NCBI GenBank assembly: GCA_964057225.1
Contig: OZ059899.1
Coordinates: 9,548,001-9,612,000, forward strand
Length of the DNA: 64,000 nucleotides
Direction: 5' to 3'
DNA from: Auanema rhodensis
Lineage: Eukaryota; Animalia; Nematoda
Shown: positions 1 to 10,639 of the stretch, piece by piece
How the letters are laid out: each line of letters starts with the position of its first letter
How positions within the stretch are numbered: the first letter of the stretch is position 1
The notes under the pieces: model-generated
The model's input: only the letters and a program-made list of their open reading frames with translations
Database searches by the model: none
Told to the model about the DNA's origin: nothing
Translations under genes and position numbers: made by a program

Positions 1-3000
1 GGCATTAACGTAAGAAGTTAATGCTTCTTCCAGCGTTCTATGTAGTCGTTCCACTTGACCATTTGCGTTTTTGTAGTATGGCATAGTTGTGTGATGTTCC
101 GATCCAAGGTTATCGCACATGCTTTTGAATTCGTGTGAGACAAAGTTTGATCCATTGTCTGTGATGATTTTCTTTGAGGGTCCGAAGACATAGAATAAGT
201 GTGTCATAATAGCTGATACTATTTCTTCTGATGTCTGACGAATTAATGGTATCGCTATAATCCATTTGGAAAATGCGTCCTGTATAGATAAAATGTATCT
301 ATTATCCTTTGCAGTTCTAGGTAATGGTCCTAGTATGTCCATGTGAACTCGTACCCATGGATGTGTCACTGTTGGGAAGTTTCTCATTGGTTCAACTGTG
401 GCTTCATGTGGGTTATTTTTCCTCTTTGCACAGTCGAGACATCTGTTCACATATCTTGTGATATCATCCTGTATTCCTGTCCAAGTGTACCGTCGCAAAA
501 TGGAGTCTTGAGTCTTATTGATTCCAAGATGTGCTCCGAGAATGGGGTCTTTGTGGAATTTCTCGATAATTGGTGTGGTAATTGATGAGTCACTTGGCAG
601 AATAGCTCGTGGAGTTTGTAGAGCTGATTTGGGTTTAGCGTATAGAACATCATTCAAAACAATGTATCTATCCGTTAGTTGTGTCCCAGCGTTGTTATTT
701 GACAGCTTCTCTTTAGTTTCTTTGATCCATTCTGTGTCGTTTTGAATGGTCCTTAGGTCTGTTACTGTTGAGATTGTCGAAACTTGATGGGATGTTGTCT
801 TTATTGTCGGCTTCTTTTTCCTTTCTTTTGTTTCGTTAATTTCGTCCTCAAAGTACTTTGATAAAGCGTCGCAAACGCTATTAAGGCGTCCTGGGCGATA
901 GATAATTTCAATGTCATATTCTTGGAGTACTATTTGAAATTTGGCTAATCTTCCAATAAGATCTTTCCTCGTCATAAGACTGGTTAAAGGTCTATGATCG
1001 GTAATAATTTTGATCGGTGCCCCTAGGATGTAGGTACGAAATTGGTGAACCGCAAAGGTTAGAGCTAAGGCTTCAATCTCAATGGGGGGATAGTTCCTTT
1101 CTGCTCTGTTCAGTTTACGGCTAGCGAAAGCTATTGGGTGCAGTGGTTCTCGATCGTCCGCGGATTGCAATAAAACTGCTCCTACTGCAATAATGCTTCC
1201 GTCGCTTTCGACTACATATGGCCGTTTTGCTCTAGGCGCTTGGAGGACTGGTGCTTCGCAAAGTGCTTTCTTTAGGTGTTGAAAAGATTTTTCTTCTTTG
1301 TCTCCCCATGTGAAGGTTTTATCCTTTTTTGTGAGGTCATAAAGCGGTGATGCAATGCCTGCGGCATTCCTAATGAATCTCCGGAAGTAGTTTACAACTC
1401 CCATGAATGCTCGAACTCCTGTGATTGATTTTGGTCTTGGATAATCTTGAATTGCTTTTACTTTCTGAGGGTCTGGTTTTATTCCTTCGTGTCCAACAAT
1501 GAATCCTAGGAATTTGACTTCTTGTTGTCCAAAGGTACATTTCTTAAGCTTGATTTTCAATCCTAGCTCTGCTGATGCGTTCAGTACTTCGGCGATATCT
1601 TGTAAATGTTTTGTCGTTGATTCCGATATGAGAAGTAGATCGTCGAGATAGACGAAGAGCTTGCATCGTACGTGTTGTTGTAAATATCGTACTGCATTTT
1701 GGAATGTGTGTGGAGCTCCGCAGAGTCCCATCGGCATTCTGCAGTATTGATAAGTTCCGCTCGTAGTAGTGAATGCGGTGAGGTGTCTATCTTCTGATCT
1801 AAGAGGGATTTGAAAGAATCCAGATACTAGATCAAAGTTACTGAAGATACGTGCTCCGGCTGCTAGGTCCAAGATATCTTGAATGTTAGATATAACGTAG
1901 ATTTGTTTTTGCGTTATTGCGTTAAGTGCTCGAAAATCAGTCACAAATCTATACGTTTTATCCTTTTTCTTGACCAATATTACGGGACTGGTAGTCATAG
2001 AAAAAGATGGCTCAATTATTCCTTGTTCTAACATTTCCTCCACTTGTTTTTCTACTTCTTCTTGTTGTGATAGAGGTATTCTGTACGTGATCTTGAAAGA
2101 TGGAACTTTTCCTTCGATGATCGGGATGCTATGTTCCACTGGTCCTTTGAAAAGTCCGATATTTCGATCCTCGTTCAAGAAAGCTTCCTTATTTCTAAGT
2201 ACTATTTTCTTTAATTGTTGTCTTTCTAATTGAGTGAAGATGGAATTTGAGACATCTAGATCTTTTATGAAATCATCTGGGAAGAATGGTAGTTGATCTT
2301 CCCATCTTGCTTCTGGTGGTACATATTGTCCTTTTTGCTCCTCCGTGTTTTTGGGGATAGCATAAGCTGTTCCAATGCCTTGGTTTGTCTGGACTTCGAT
2401 TGTATCCGAAGAGATATTTGTAGCAAATATCTGGACTCCATATCCTGTTGGGGTGAAAGTTGTAGGCGCAAAACTCATTTTTCCTGCTCGTTGTGAGCTT
2501 CTAATGAAAGCTTGTTCGAATGAGGCGGGATCATTTACTTCCAAAGTTAGAGATCTTGTTTCTCCGGGGTAAAATTGTTTAGTTTCCAGACTAACAACGT
2601 GTGTAATTGTGTGTTTTTCTGTCCATGCATTGTAGTTTTGCGCTAGAGGTACCGTGGTATCTCCAATCAGCAATGAATTTTGCAGAGGGCGTAAGGATGT
2701 GAGGATTCCTTCTCTGTTGAGTGCTTCAATAAAATCTATTCCAAGCAATATTGGTGCTGGGCAATGATTGTCGGAAGATATCAATATTTTGTGGTCAATT
2801 TCGGTCTTTCCAATTATTATTGGCAGTCTTGTATATCCTAGGAAGGAAAATCGAGACTTGTTTGCTACAACAGCTGTAGTTTTCTCAGCGACCATTTTTG
2901 CTGCCGGTAATTGATTGAAAGTGCTCTCTTTCATATATGAAATTGATGCACCTGTATCCCATAGTGCAGTAAAAACTTGGTTGTAAATTGATATGGGTAC

Positions 3001-3040
3001 GAATGGTAATCGGGATCCCCCAATGTAGTTTATCTTTGAT
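1..3040 (-). CDS. pol: pol region: aspartic protease, reverse transcriptase, RNase H, integrase (open off the left edge)
   Basis: Manual translation gives LWDTGASISY (~2950), RFVTDFRALN, FSNFDLVSGFFQIPL, MPMGLCGAPHTFQ, YLDDLL (~1650), RNaseH ESDGS..VGAVLLQ / EIEALA / TDHRPL, and IN FHKDPILGAHLG..CLDC, VHMDILGP, TDNGSNF, NGQVER. Same frame as 4956 downward; absent from the ORF track, consistent with no stop before the edge. Confidence 0.95.
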
Positions 3041-6000
3041 TCTTTAATAGCGTACCTGGGCAGATAGGTTAGCAGATCGCTATCTGTTAATGGTGCATCG
3101 GGATCATAGCGTGAAAGTGGAGCATGGTAGTTGTCTTGTGTCGCTCTTCTTAACGGCTGAAGTTCGGTCTCTTGGGCTGGATGTTCTCTTCTTTCTTCAT
3201 CATCTTCTTCGATATAATTGATGGGAATTCTTGTGACACGTGCGTATATTTTGATTCCGTAAAACAGCGCGGTGATGAGTCCTATTATCACGATGATTGC
3301 GCCGATTGTGGCAAGTGTTCTTAATAGCCAGGCCTTGAAAGTTTCTCCAATAAAAGTGAAGAAGCTGGAAATTCCTTCTTTTGCCGTGTTTCCGACGATG
3401 TCTCCCACTACGATAGGAATTGTTATGGCATTTTCAAGGATGTTGAGTGGATTCAGACTGATTCCTTTCTTGTTGTTAAATATAGGTTTCAATCTTCCTG
3501 GCAAAGTGGCTTGTAGAGAGGCTAGACTGGATCCGTATGAAATAGCGAGTTCAAACGGGAATGAAGATTCCGTGAGGTTGGCATATATGTTGGAGTTGTT
3601 GAATTTTATGTGATCGATTTTGATCGACGTGAGTTCGTCCGCAAATGATAGGTTCGTCACATTTAATGTTGTGTTTTCCTTCATCCATTGGTCGTTTAAT
3701 TTATATGGATCCGTTGTAGCCATCATGCAGTCGATTCGTCTGCCCATTGGTGAAATATCACGTGTTCCAGGTATTAAAAACAGTTCTCCATGATGTTCTG
3801 TATCTACTGGTGTTTCCATGTAACATGTTCCGTTTCTTTTGTGATCCGAGTAGATTTTTGTTACGTGGATAGGTGTGCAAGGCATTACGTAGATAAGGTG
3901 TTCAGCAACGAATTTAGCTGATATATCCTGACGTCTAAGCATTGTGCGGATACCAATAGTTGGGTTGATTTGTAGAATGGCCCACCACGTAAGGAGTTGT
4001 TTGTTTTGCATCCTACAGATGTCCTTTTTCGTTTTTTGAAACGCCTTCAAAATTTCTTCTTCTAGTTGCGAGGTTGAATATTGTAGATGCGATTGTGTAT
4101 CCAGTTGACGTAATTGTTCATCATATTTCTGGATGATATCATGTCTTGTACGAAGAAAATTAACGTGTGCTTGCTGTCCTATGTGAGATTGAACTTCTCT
4201 TGCTTGTTGAGGTGTTGTGGCGGCTCGTTTGGTTGTTGTCCTTGGCTCTATCACTGTTGAAGAGATTTGCGGAATTTCTGTTCGCGTTACAAGCTGTGTT
4301 GGTAATGAGAATGGCGTTGTCGTAGCTTGATAGTAGTGATATCTTCTTGGAGTAGTTGTAGAGCCTGGTGATAATGTTCTGGGAGTGTGAAAAGGTTTGG
4401 GAGTAGTTCGAAAAGTTGTTGTTGTAGTCGCGTGCGTAGTAGAGCTTGTAGTGCTTGCGGAAGTCGTGGTAGTCGTAGTCGTTGTTGTTGAATACGTGAG
4501 GGAGTCGATTAATTCAAGATATGTTCGTTGAAATCTCTCGCTTTCTTCCTGTGAAATAGTTTTAGTCGTTGGTGTACCACGTGGCAGTCCAAAGTTCTGA
4601 GCTAGTCCTTTAAAGATGATTGCGTAATTAGGAAAAATAATCCTTGGACTAGTTGATTCCTCTTCCAATTTATTCCACTTTCTGCTCTCTTTTTCGCGTT
4701 CTTCTGTTGATATATGTAGCAGACGATTATGTGATGCTATATAGTCAATAAAGTTTAATACTTCGTCGATTTGTGTGTAAAACGAAGTGTCCATTCTAGG
4801 AGTTGTTCTTCTCGACATCCTAGGTGGGTATAGTTGAAATAAATATTCTTCTAATGAAGGAATCGTTTCTCCTGTTGCTAATACTGCGGGAGTTTGTGCG
4901 ATTTCAAATGCAATGTCTCTCGCTCGCTCTAAGTAGTCTCCTGTGCGTTTTCCAACTTATCGGCGAACTCCTTAATCGTGATTTGTTTACTCAGTTTTTC
5001 TGTGAGCTCAGATGGTAGGAGATGCGCGATAGCAATTTCTGTTGCTAGGAGAATTTCTGCTTTTGCCAGCGCATGTAGAATGGCGATATTAGTGTCGTTG
5101 TAGTTGTACCATAATAGTGTTTCCTTGATCGCGATTGCGTCTAACTTGAGGAATTTTGTAAGTCCTACGTGAATACTGGAAGTTTTCAGATAGTCTATAA
5201 GACTGTAAGAATTATCCAATCTTTTCCGGTTGCGATACTTCTGATACATTGGAATAATTCCTGTAGAGCTGTCCGTAAGACGTAACGATGGATATATGGT
5301 GATATTGAAAAAGCGTGTAGGGTATTCTTGTGGCGCTTTCCTTTTCTGTCGTCTTGGAGTCTCTTTAGGTGGTATATGAATGTATGTACCACTATTCGTT
5401 GTATTCATGTATATCCTTTCCTAAACATCGAGTTGCTATGTTATCCGGTTTCTGGTCTTGGAGGATTAATGCGCTCTGTATCTCCGAGATTAGGACAGTG
5501 TCGTTGTTGACAAGTGCTGAGAAGTTTCCTAAGGAGCTGAAGTCACATTCGTGATGGTCGTGAGGTGGTGTCCAAACGATTATGGCATTGTGCGTTGTAC
5601 AAGTTCCTGCTTTCTTTGCACATCCTTCCGTGTTGAGAAAAAGGTCTGATATGATGATATCGTCATGTAGACAAGTCATCATTCCTCTTTCTAACGTTAA
5701 TCTTGGAGTTGTGGTGCAAGATGTAGACCAAAATGAGTAAGACTGATTGTTTAAAGGTAAAGGTGCCTTAAATAGTCCTGGAGCTGTACGTACAAGATTT
5801 GTATCCATATGTCTTCTTTCTTGTATAGCTTCCTTACATTCCTTGAGAGTCGCGGCTTCGACGTAAAGTAGAGTGATATTGTTTTCTCTAATGAACAGTC
5901 TATCGTGAGCACATGTTCTGTAGATTTCTTTGGAGCATTTCCAAGCCTCCCATTCCTTGTAATGCATGTTTTCTGCGAATAATTCGACGTTAGTAATTTG

Positions 6001-6153
6001 AACTCCATCCTTGTGTATGTTTTCTGAGCATAAAGTAGGGGGTTCGAGAAAGATGCCTCCTCGTGTTCCGGTGCATAGATGGTAGGTGTTGTCTGCGTGA
6101 CAAGGAAGTATTGTCAGTGCCATGATGGAAAGGAAGAGAGGTGTGAATGGAAG
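3041..6153 (-). CDS. env: envelope glycoprotein, class III fusogen (herpes gB / chuvirus G-like); two frameshifts (~5400 and ~4950)
   Basis: Internal signal peptide LPFTPLFLSIMALTILPCHA (6153-6094), Cys-rich ectodomain with N-x-S/T sites, RRQKR furin-like site (~5345), Thr-rich tract (4500-4210). gB-like DICRMQNKQLLTWWAILQINPTIGIRTMLRRQDISAKFVAEHLIYVMPC..CYMETPV..C (4030-3730). TM LATIGAIIVIIGLITALFYGI (~3320-3252). Confidence 0.85.
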
Positions 6154-7779
6154 TTTCTTGTTGCTCGTGCGGGGTGTTTCCTTGTTAACTTGGTTAACAT
6201 GGAATCGTACTGATGGGCTTCTTGTGCGATTTCTGTAGCGCGAATTAGGTCCATATGATTCATGGTGATCTCTGTTCTGGTATCTTCGATCGTACTGGTT
6301 TCCGCGATGATAGTTGTTGTTGTATCTGTTATCATAACGGTCGTTATACCTATTATTTCTGTGTGGGCTACGGTAGTTGTTTGGTCCTCTTGAGCGTGGT
6401 CTGTTATTCCTGTTCCTGTCGTTGTATTGATGGTATCTTCCTGTTCTTCTTTCATCGTTATGACGGTATCCTCCTCGTCTTTGGTGCCATGGTTCTTGAG
6501 GTCTTTGTGGATGTGAGGAATTGTCGTGTGGCCTGGATGATAGATGTGGTGCCGGTCCTCTATGAATTTTATCACGCTGTGGAGCTCTCATGTGATTGAT
6601 GTGCTCGTTATTGATATTCAAATCATCTAGTCCATCGGTTAAGTTGTTGATGAAGGAAGAGGGGTCCTCATCTGCTTCAACGGTTTCAGCGATTGTGACG
6701 GCTGATTCAAAGGTGGTTGGGCTTCGATTATTGACGTGCGTACGTAGTTGTTTCCGTAATCCACCGAGGAAAGCTACACGTTATATACGTTCATCAGCAT
6801 CGGTGTTCATATCGCTTGCTTCATAAGCCAGATTTCGACAGCGTTGTGCAAAATGGTTGACAGTTTCACTCTCTCCTTGCTTCATGTGAGTGAGTCTGGT
6901 GAACGCGGCATCTCGTTTCTCTTGAGGTTGAAGTTTGAGAGACAAAATGCGCTTTACGTTATTCCATCCTTGACGTATTTCGTCCGGAGTTATGCAACGT
7001 AAAGCATCGGCTGCTTTGTCCGTCCCCAACAATAGATAGAGGTGCGACAGACGCTCAGCCATAGGTACTTGCAACGCGTCAAAATAACCTTCCAATCTCC
7101 TCATGTAGAGGTTAAAAGGTACTGCTCCATCATACAAGGTGGGTTTATGGTGGCGAATAGAAACAGTGTTCGTGGGTAGCATGCGGAAATTAGAGTTGTT
7201 TTGGGTTTGATCATTGGAGTTTGGGTGGTCATCCATCCGGTCAGTCATCTGAGCGATTTTTCTCTTCTCTGCAACATTCAAATTGAAATTGGTGGTTACT
7301 TCCGACGGAGAAGATACAGGAGAAGAAGATTGCCCATGTAATGATTGATCGGATGAAGAGGGAGAATTTCGAGGAAGAGGAGAAGAAAGAATAGCAGTAT
7401 TTGGGTATGAAGATAAAATTTGAGAATAATCTTTACGAGGGGAAGTATTTGTGCTAACATTACTAGAGCTTTTGATAACATTAGAAGTGCGTTTTGGAGT
7501 TTGTTTGCTAATAGACGCTTTAATTTTACTTAGAGTAATAGCGTGGCGAGAAGTTTTAATAGCTGTTGTGCCTATTTTCTTCGCGGGGGTACCCGGTATA
7601 GCGGGTGGTTTCTTTGCAGCAGTAGGTCGGCGCTTCGTGTCCGGCTCATAAACATTTGGAGGTCCTCTTTTTCTTTGATTCCGCTCGAGTACTGGCTCGA
7701 CGTGCGTATCATTACCGGGGGCTGCGCTCTGTGGATTTGTTTTATCCTGCGGAGGATTTTTACTCTTCGAGTCCGTCAT
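6154..7779 (-). CDS. gag: gag (capsid plus R/N/Y-rich basic tail); one in-frame TAA at 6781-6783
   Basis: PTLYDGAVPFNLYMRRLEGYF and MKQGESETVNHFAQR retrotransposon gag motifs. The frame continues after the TAA as RVAFLGGLRKQL..PTTFESAVTIA into ORF 5392..6621. Confidence 0.88.
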
Positions 7780-8561
7780 CTTGTTGGTTTTCCTGGAAAG
7801 GAAATTATTATACCAACGATGCGAATCTTATAAAAATATATATACAACGTTAGAGGCAATATGGGGTTGTATGCGTGACGCTTGCTAGGGGGCCAGCCTG
7901 CAGCGAATCTTCTAACGGAGAATTGCTCAATCGGGTACATACACGGGCCTGTGACCGGTGCGCCCTTTCTAGGATCAAGTTCCCATCTCTCGAATAGGCG
8001 TGAAATATACGACGGTGATCTAAGCAGTATTCCCTTTCAGTCTTTCGACAAGATTAGGTGCTCAGGCCTCGTACATTCACTTTCCCAGACTTCTCTTGCC
8101 TATGAAAAATCACAGAAATCGCTCCCTTAACGAAATTCTGCTCCCCTGATTTTTCATGGTGAGACCACTCTAACACTTTCATTCTCGACTAATTCTGTCG
8201 TAATTTTCAAATTTGCAAAAATAGGACCAAAAAGGGATCTTCAAAATCAGGAATGCGTACGTCTTATATCAAAAATAGTGGTTGCCTCCGCTCAGTTCTC
8301 GAGACAGTCTGGTATTGCTTCTCACGGGCTACTTTTAGGATCAAAAAATGCAAAATTGTAAATCTTAGGTTCGGGATTCAGATAAAAAATTTCAAAATTA
8401 TTTGGCTGTTTTCTGGGTTATATTAGGAAGAAGAGAAAAAATAATAGTAATAAGAGAGGGAAAAAGATAAAATTTAAAAGAAGATAAAAGAAAAATAAAA
8501 TAGGAATATAGTAGGAATATAGTAGGAATATAGTACTAGTATAGAATAGTTTTGTACATAA

Positions 8562-8569
<8 letters not shown>

Positions 8570-8610
<41 letters not shown>
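8570..8610. repeat. (TA)n microsatellite in the retrotransposon 5' leader
   Basis: About 20 consecutive TA units. Confidence 0.95.
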
Positions 8611-8613
<3 letters not shown>

Positions 8614-9211
8614 GAGTAATACATTTTAAAGGATAGAATAGAAATTAATGAATTTTAATATATATAAAACAATGAATTTTGTGATGATTCATGAAAGAAA
8701 TTAATTCATTTTTTTGATTCAAAAATTGTTTGAAACTTTATAACAAAAATTTATGAGAGATAGAATAGATTTTGATTAAAAAAAACAGAAAAAGAAAAGA
8801 TTGACAGAAAAAAAAATATCGAAATACCTTTCTTTAAATGAATAAATATAAAAGAATTTCAAATTAATTTATGATAGTTATAAACAAAGTTTTTCCTCAA
8901 AAATGAATGAAAGATCTTAGAATATGGATAAAAATCGAAATGTTTCTTTTAAATGAATGAATATAAAATTTCAGAATTAAGTTGTTTCAAAATATATTTC
9001 TTTAAATAAATGTATGTAAGATTTCAGTATTAGTTTATGAATCAAAATCAAAATAAAGTTCTTTGAATGAATGAAATAAAGAAGAGAAAGATTTTAAATT
9101 AAATTCATATAGTATAATCGAAATATAATTCTTTAATTAGATGTATGAAAGACAACAAAATTAAATTTATGTAGCGAAATATGGTTCTTAGAGATTCGTC
9201 GGTTATAGACG

Positions 9212-9230
9212 AATCTCGGCGGAACCTCCA
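9212..9230 (-). promoter_or_regulatory. primer binding site complementary to the tRNA-Gln 3' end
   Basis: Minus strand TGGAGGTTCCGCCGAGATT directly abuts the LTR. It complements the metazoan tRNA-Gln 3' end AAUCUCGGUGGAACCUCCA (recalled sequence) with one G:U pair. Confidence 0.88.
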
Positions 9231-9643
9231 CGTTCCATGGTGGTTCCCCAGGGTTCCGGCTGGGTAACCACATGGAATTATTTTCTTTTCTTCCAAATAT
9301 AAATGATAAAGAGTATAGAGAGAAAGGTTTATTTATGATAAAGTATACAAATTACAATAATAAAAGTTACATAATGATTCCTAGTCGCAGCCCAAAGGAC
9401 TCGTAAGGAAACCTTATATAGTATTCCTTACGAGCATAAAAAGTGGTTATATCAGGTCCGTGGAACTTGGTTCCGCTTGAATTGGGCTTTCTTTGATTAA
9501 ACTTAATATGAAAAAGTGTTCGTTCATTGTTGCATTGAATTCCTGTTTCTCAAATGTAGCGTCAGCTATTTGTTTTTATAATGTTCCGTTTTATAAGCAA
9601 TTGACGTTGTCAATCGCTCTACTTATAGGACACGTATGGAACA
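9231..9643 (-). repeat. LTR, 413 bp
   Basis: Minus-strand termini TGTTCCAT...ATGGAACG, TATATAA at 9414-9420, AATAAA at 9328-9333. Repeated at 12739-13151 and partially at 10165-10505 and 13673-14013. Confidence 0.92.
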
Positions 9644-9849
9644 TGCCTAATATCGAAAAAGTAGCTGACCTCAGCTACATCGAGAAAGTGAAATTCCATG
9701 CAAATGTGAAAGTTGTATGAAATGTTTCAAAAAAAAAATAAAAGAATACTGATAATACAGAACAATTTTATGAGAAAAAATAAAGGAAAACAATGTAATT
9801 ACAAAATAATATATCATATATCATACTGGGAATCTTTCAAAAGTTCTTT

Positions 9850-10164
9850 TTAGTCTTCTTCATAATACTGGTGTATCTCTGGTAATGGTGATGATCCTAG
9901 GTCGTGGAGAAGATCCATAGTCTTGTTGCATAAATCCGTTTTTCTTTCCATTTCTTCCTTAGTGGTTGCTGGTGATGCCAGGAATATTTGTAGAGCATTT
10001 ATAATGCTTTTTCTTGCCTCTGTGGATGGCAGTTCGCTGCAATGTTGCAGGCTCCATTCTTGATAGGCCGAATGGGTCTCGGCAATAATCCAGTTTGGTG
10101 TCTGCTGTTCTGGTGAATCGCAACTAGGTGAATAACCTAGTTGGTCCCTTAGTTCAGCAATGGC
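9850..10164 (-). pseudogene. C-terminal 104 codons of an ORF, probably the 3' end of the element's coding region (second copy 13358-13672)
   Basis: Open frame AIAELRDQLGYSPSC...EIHQYYEED*, cut at its 5' side by the LTR junction. Confidence 0.7.
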
Positions 10165-10566
10165 ATGATAAAGAGTATAGAGAGAAAGGTTTATTTATGA
10201 TAAAGTATACAAATTACAATAATAAAAGTTACATAATGATTCCTAATCGCAGCCCAAAGGACTCGTAAGGAAACCTTATATAGTATTCCTTACGAGCATA
10301 AAAAGTGGTTATATCAGGTCCGTGGAACTTGGTTCCGCTTGAATTGGGCTTTCTTTGATTAAACTTAATATGAAAAAGTGTTCGTTCATTGTTGCATTGA
10401 ATTCCTGTTTCTCAAATGTAGCGTCAGCTATTTGTTTTTATAATGTTCCGTTTTATAAGCGATTGACGTTGTCAATCGCTCTACTTATAGGACACGTATG
10501 GAACACTCATCACAATTGTCTTAGTTTTTTTTTCTCATAAGAGTTTCTGAAATCTTTGTTGAACAA

Positions 10567-10639
10567 GGCCGCGTGGCGCAATGGATAACGCGTCTGCCTA
10601 CGGAGCAGAAGACTGTATGTTCGAATCCTGCCGTGGTCA
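10567..10639 (+). pseudogene. degenerate tRNA-Arg(ACG)
   Basis: GACTGTATGTTCG (T-stem mismatch); the last base and oligo-T terminator are deleted. Confidence 0.8.

Larger units (their letters stand above)
1..9643 (-). mobile_element. Ty3/gypsy LTR retrotransposon with env between gag and pol (3' part outside window)
   Basis: LTR 9231-9643, PBS 9212-9230, then gag, env, PR, RT, RNaseH, IN. The PR-RT-RH-IN order is gypsy-type. Confidence 0.95.
9231..10505 (-). mobile_element. internally deleted derivative (partial LTR - 3' internal - LTR) sharing its LTR with the full element
   Basis: About 340 bp of LTR (10505-10165), ~520 bp internal, then a full LTR. The right flank CTCA resumes the array unit. 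Confidence 0.8.

Noticed and set aside
343-8130. Plus-strand and alternative-frame short ORFs over the retrotransposon
   Set aside because: Shadows of the minus-strand polyprotein with no recognisable motifs.
8418-8624. 68-aa hydrophobic ORF MYYSFIYIYIY...
   Set aside because: Translation of the (TA)n microsatellite and T-rich sequence.
9231-10505. A single 1275-bp LTR (making 12739-14013 a plain solo LTR), or an autonomous TRIM
   Set aside because: It contains an internal LTR terminus at 9643, a truncated ORF end and a 5' LTR lacking U5/PBS, which fits a deleted element better. Not fully excluded until the true 3' LTR is seen.
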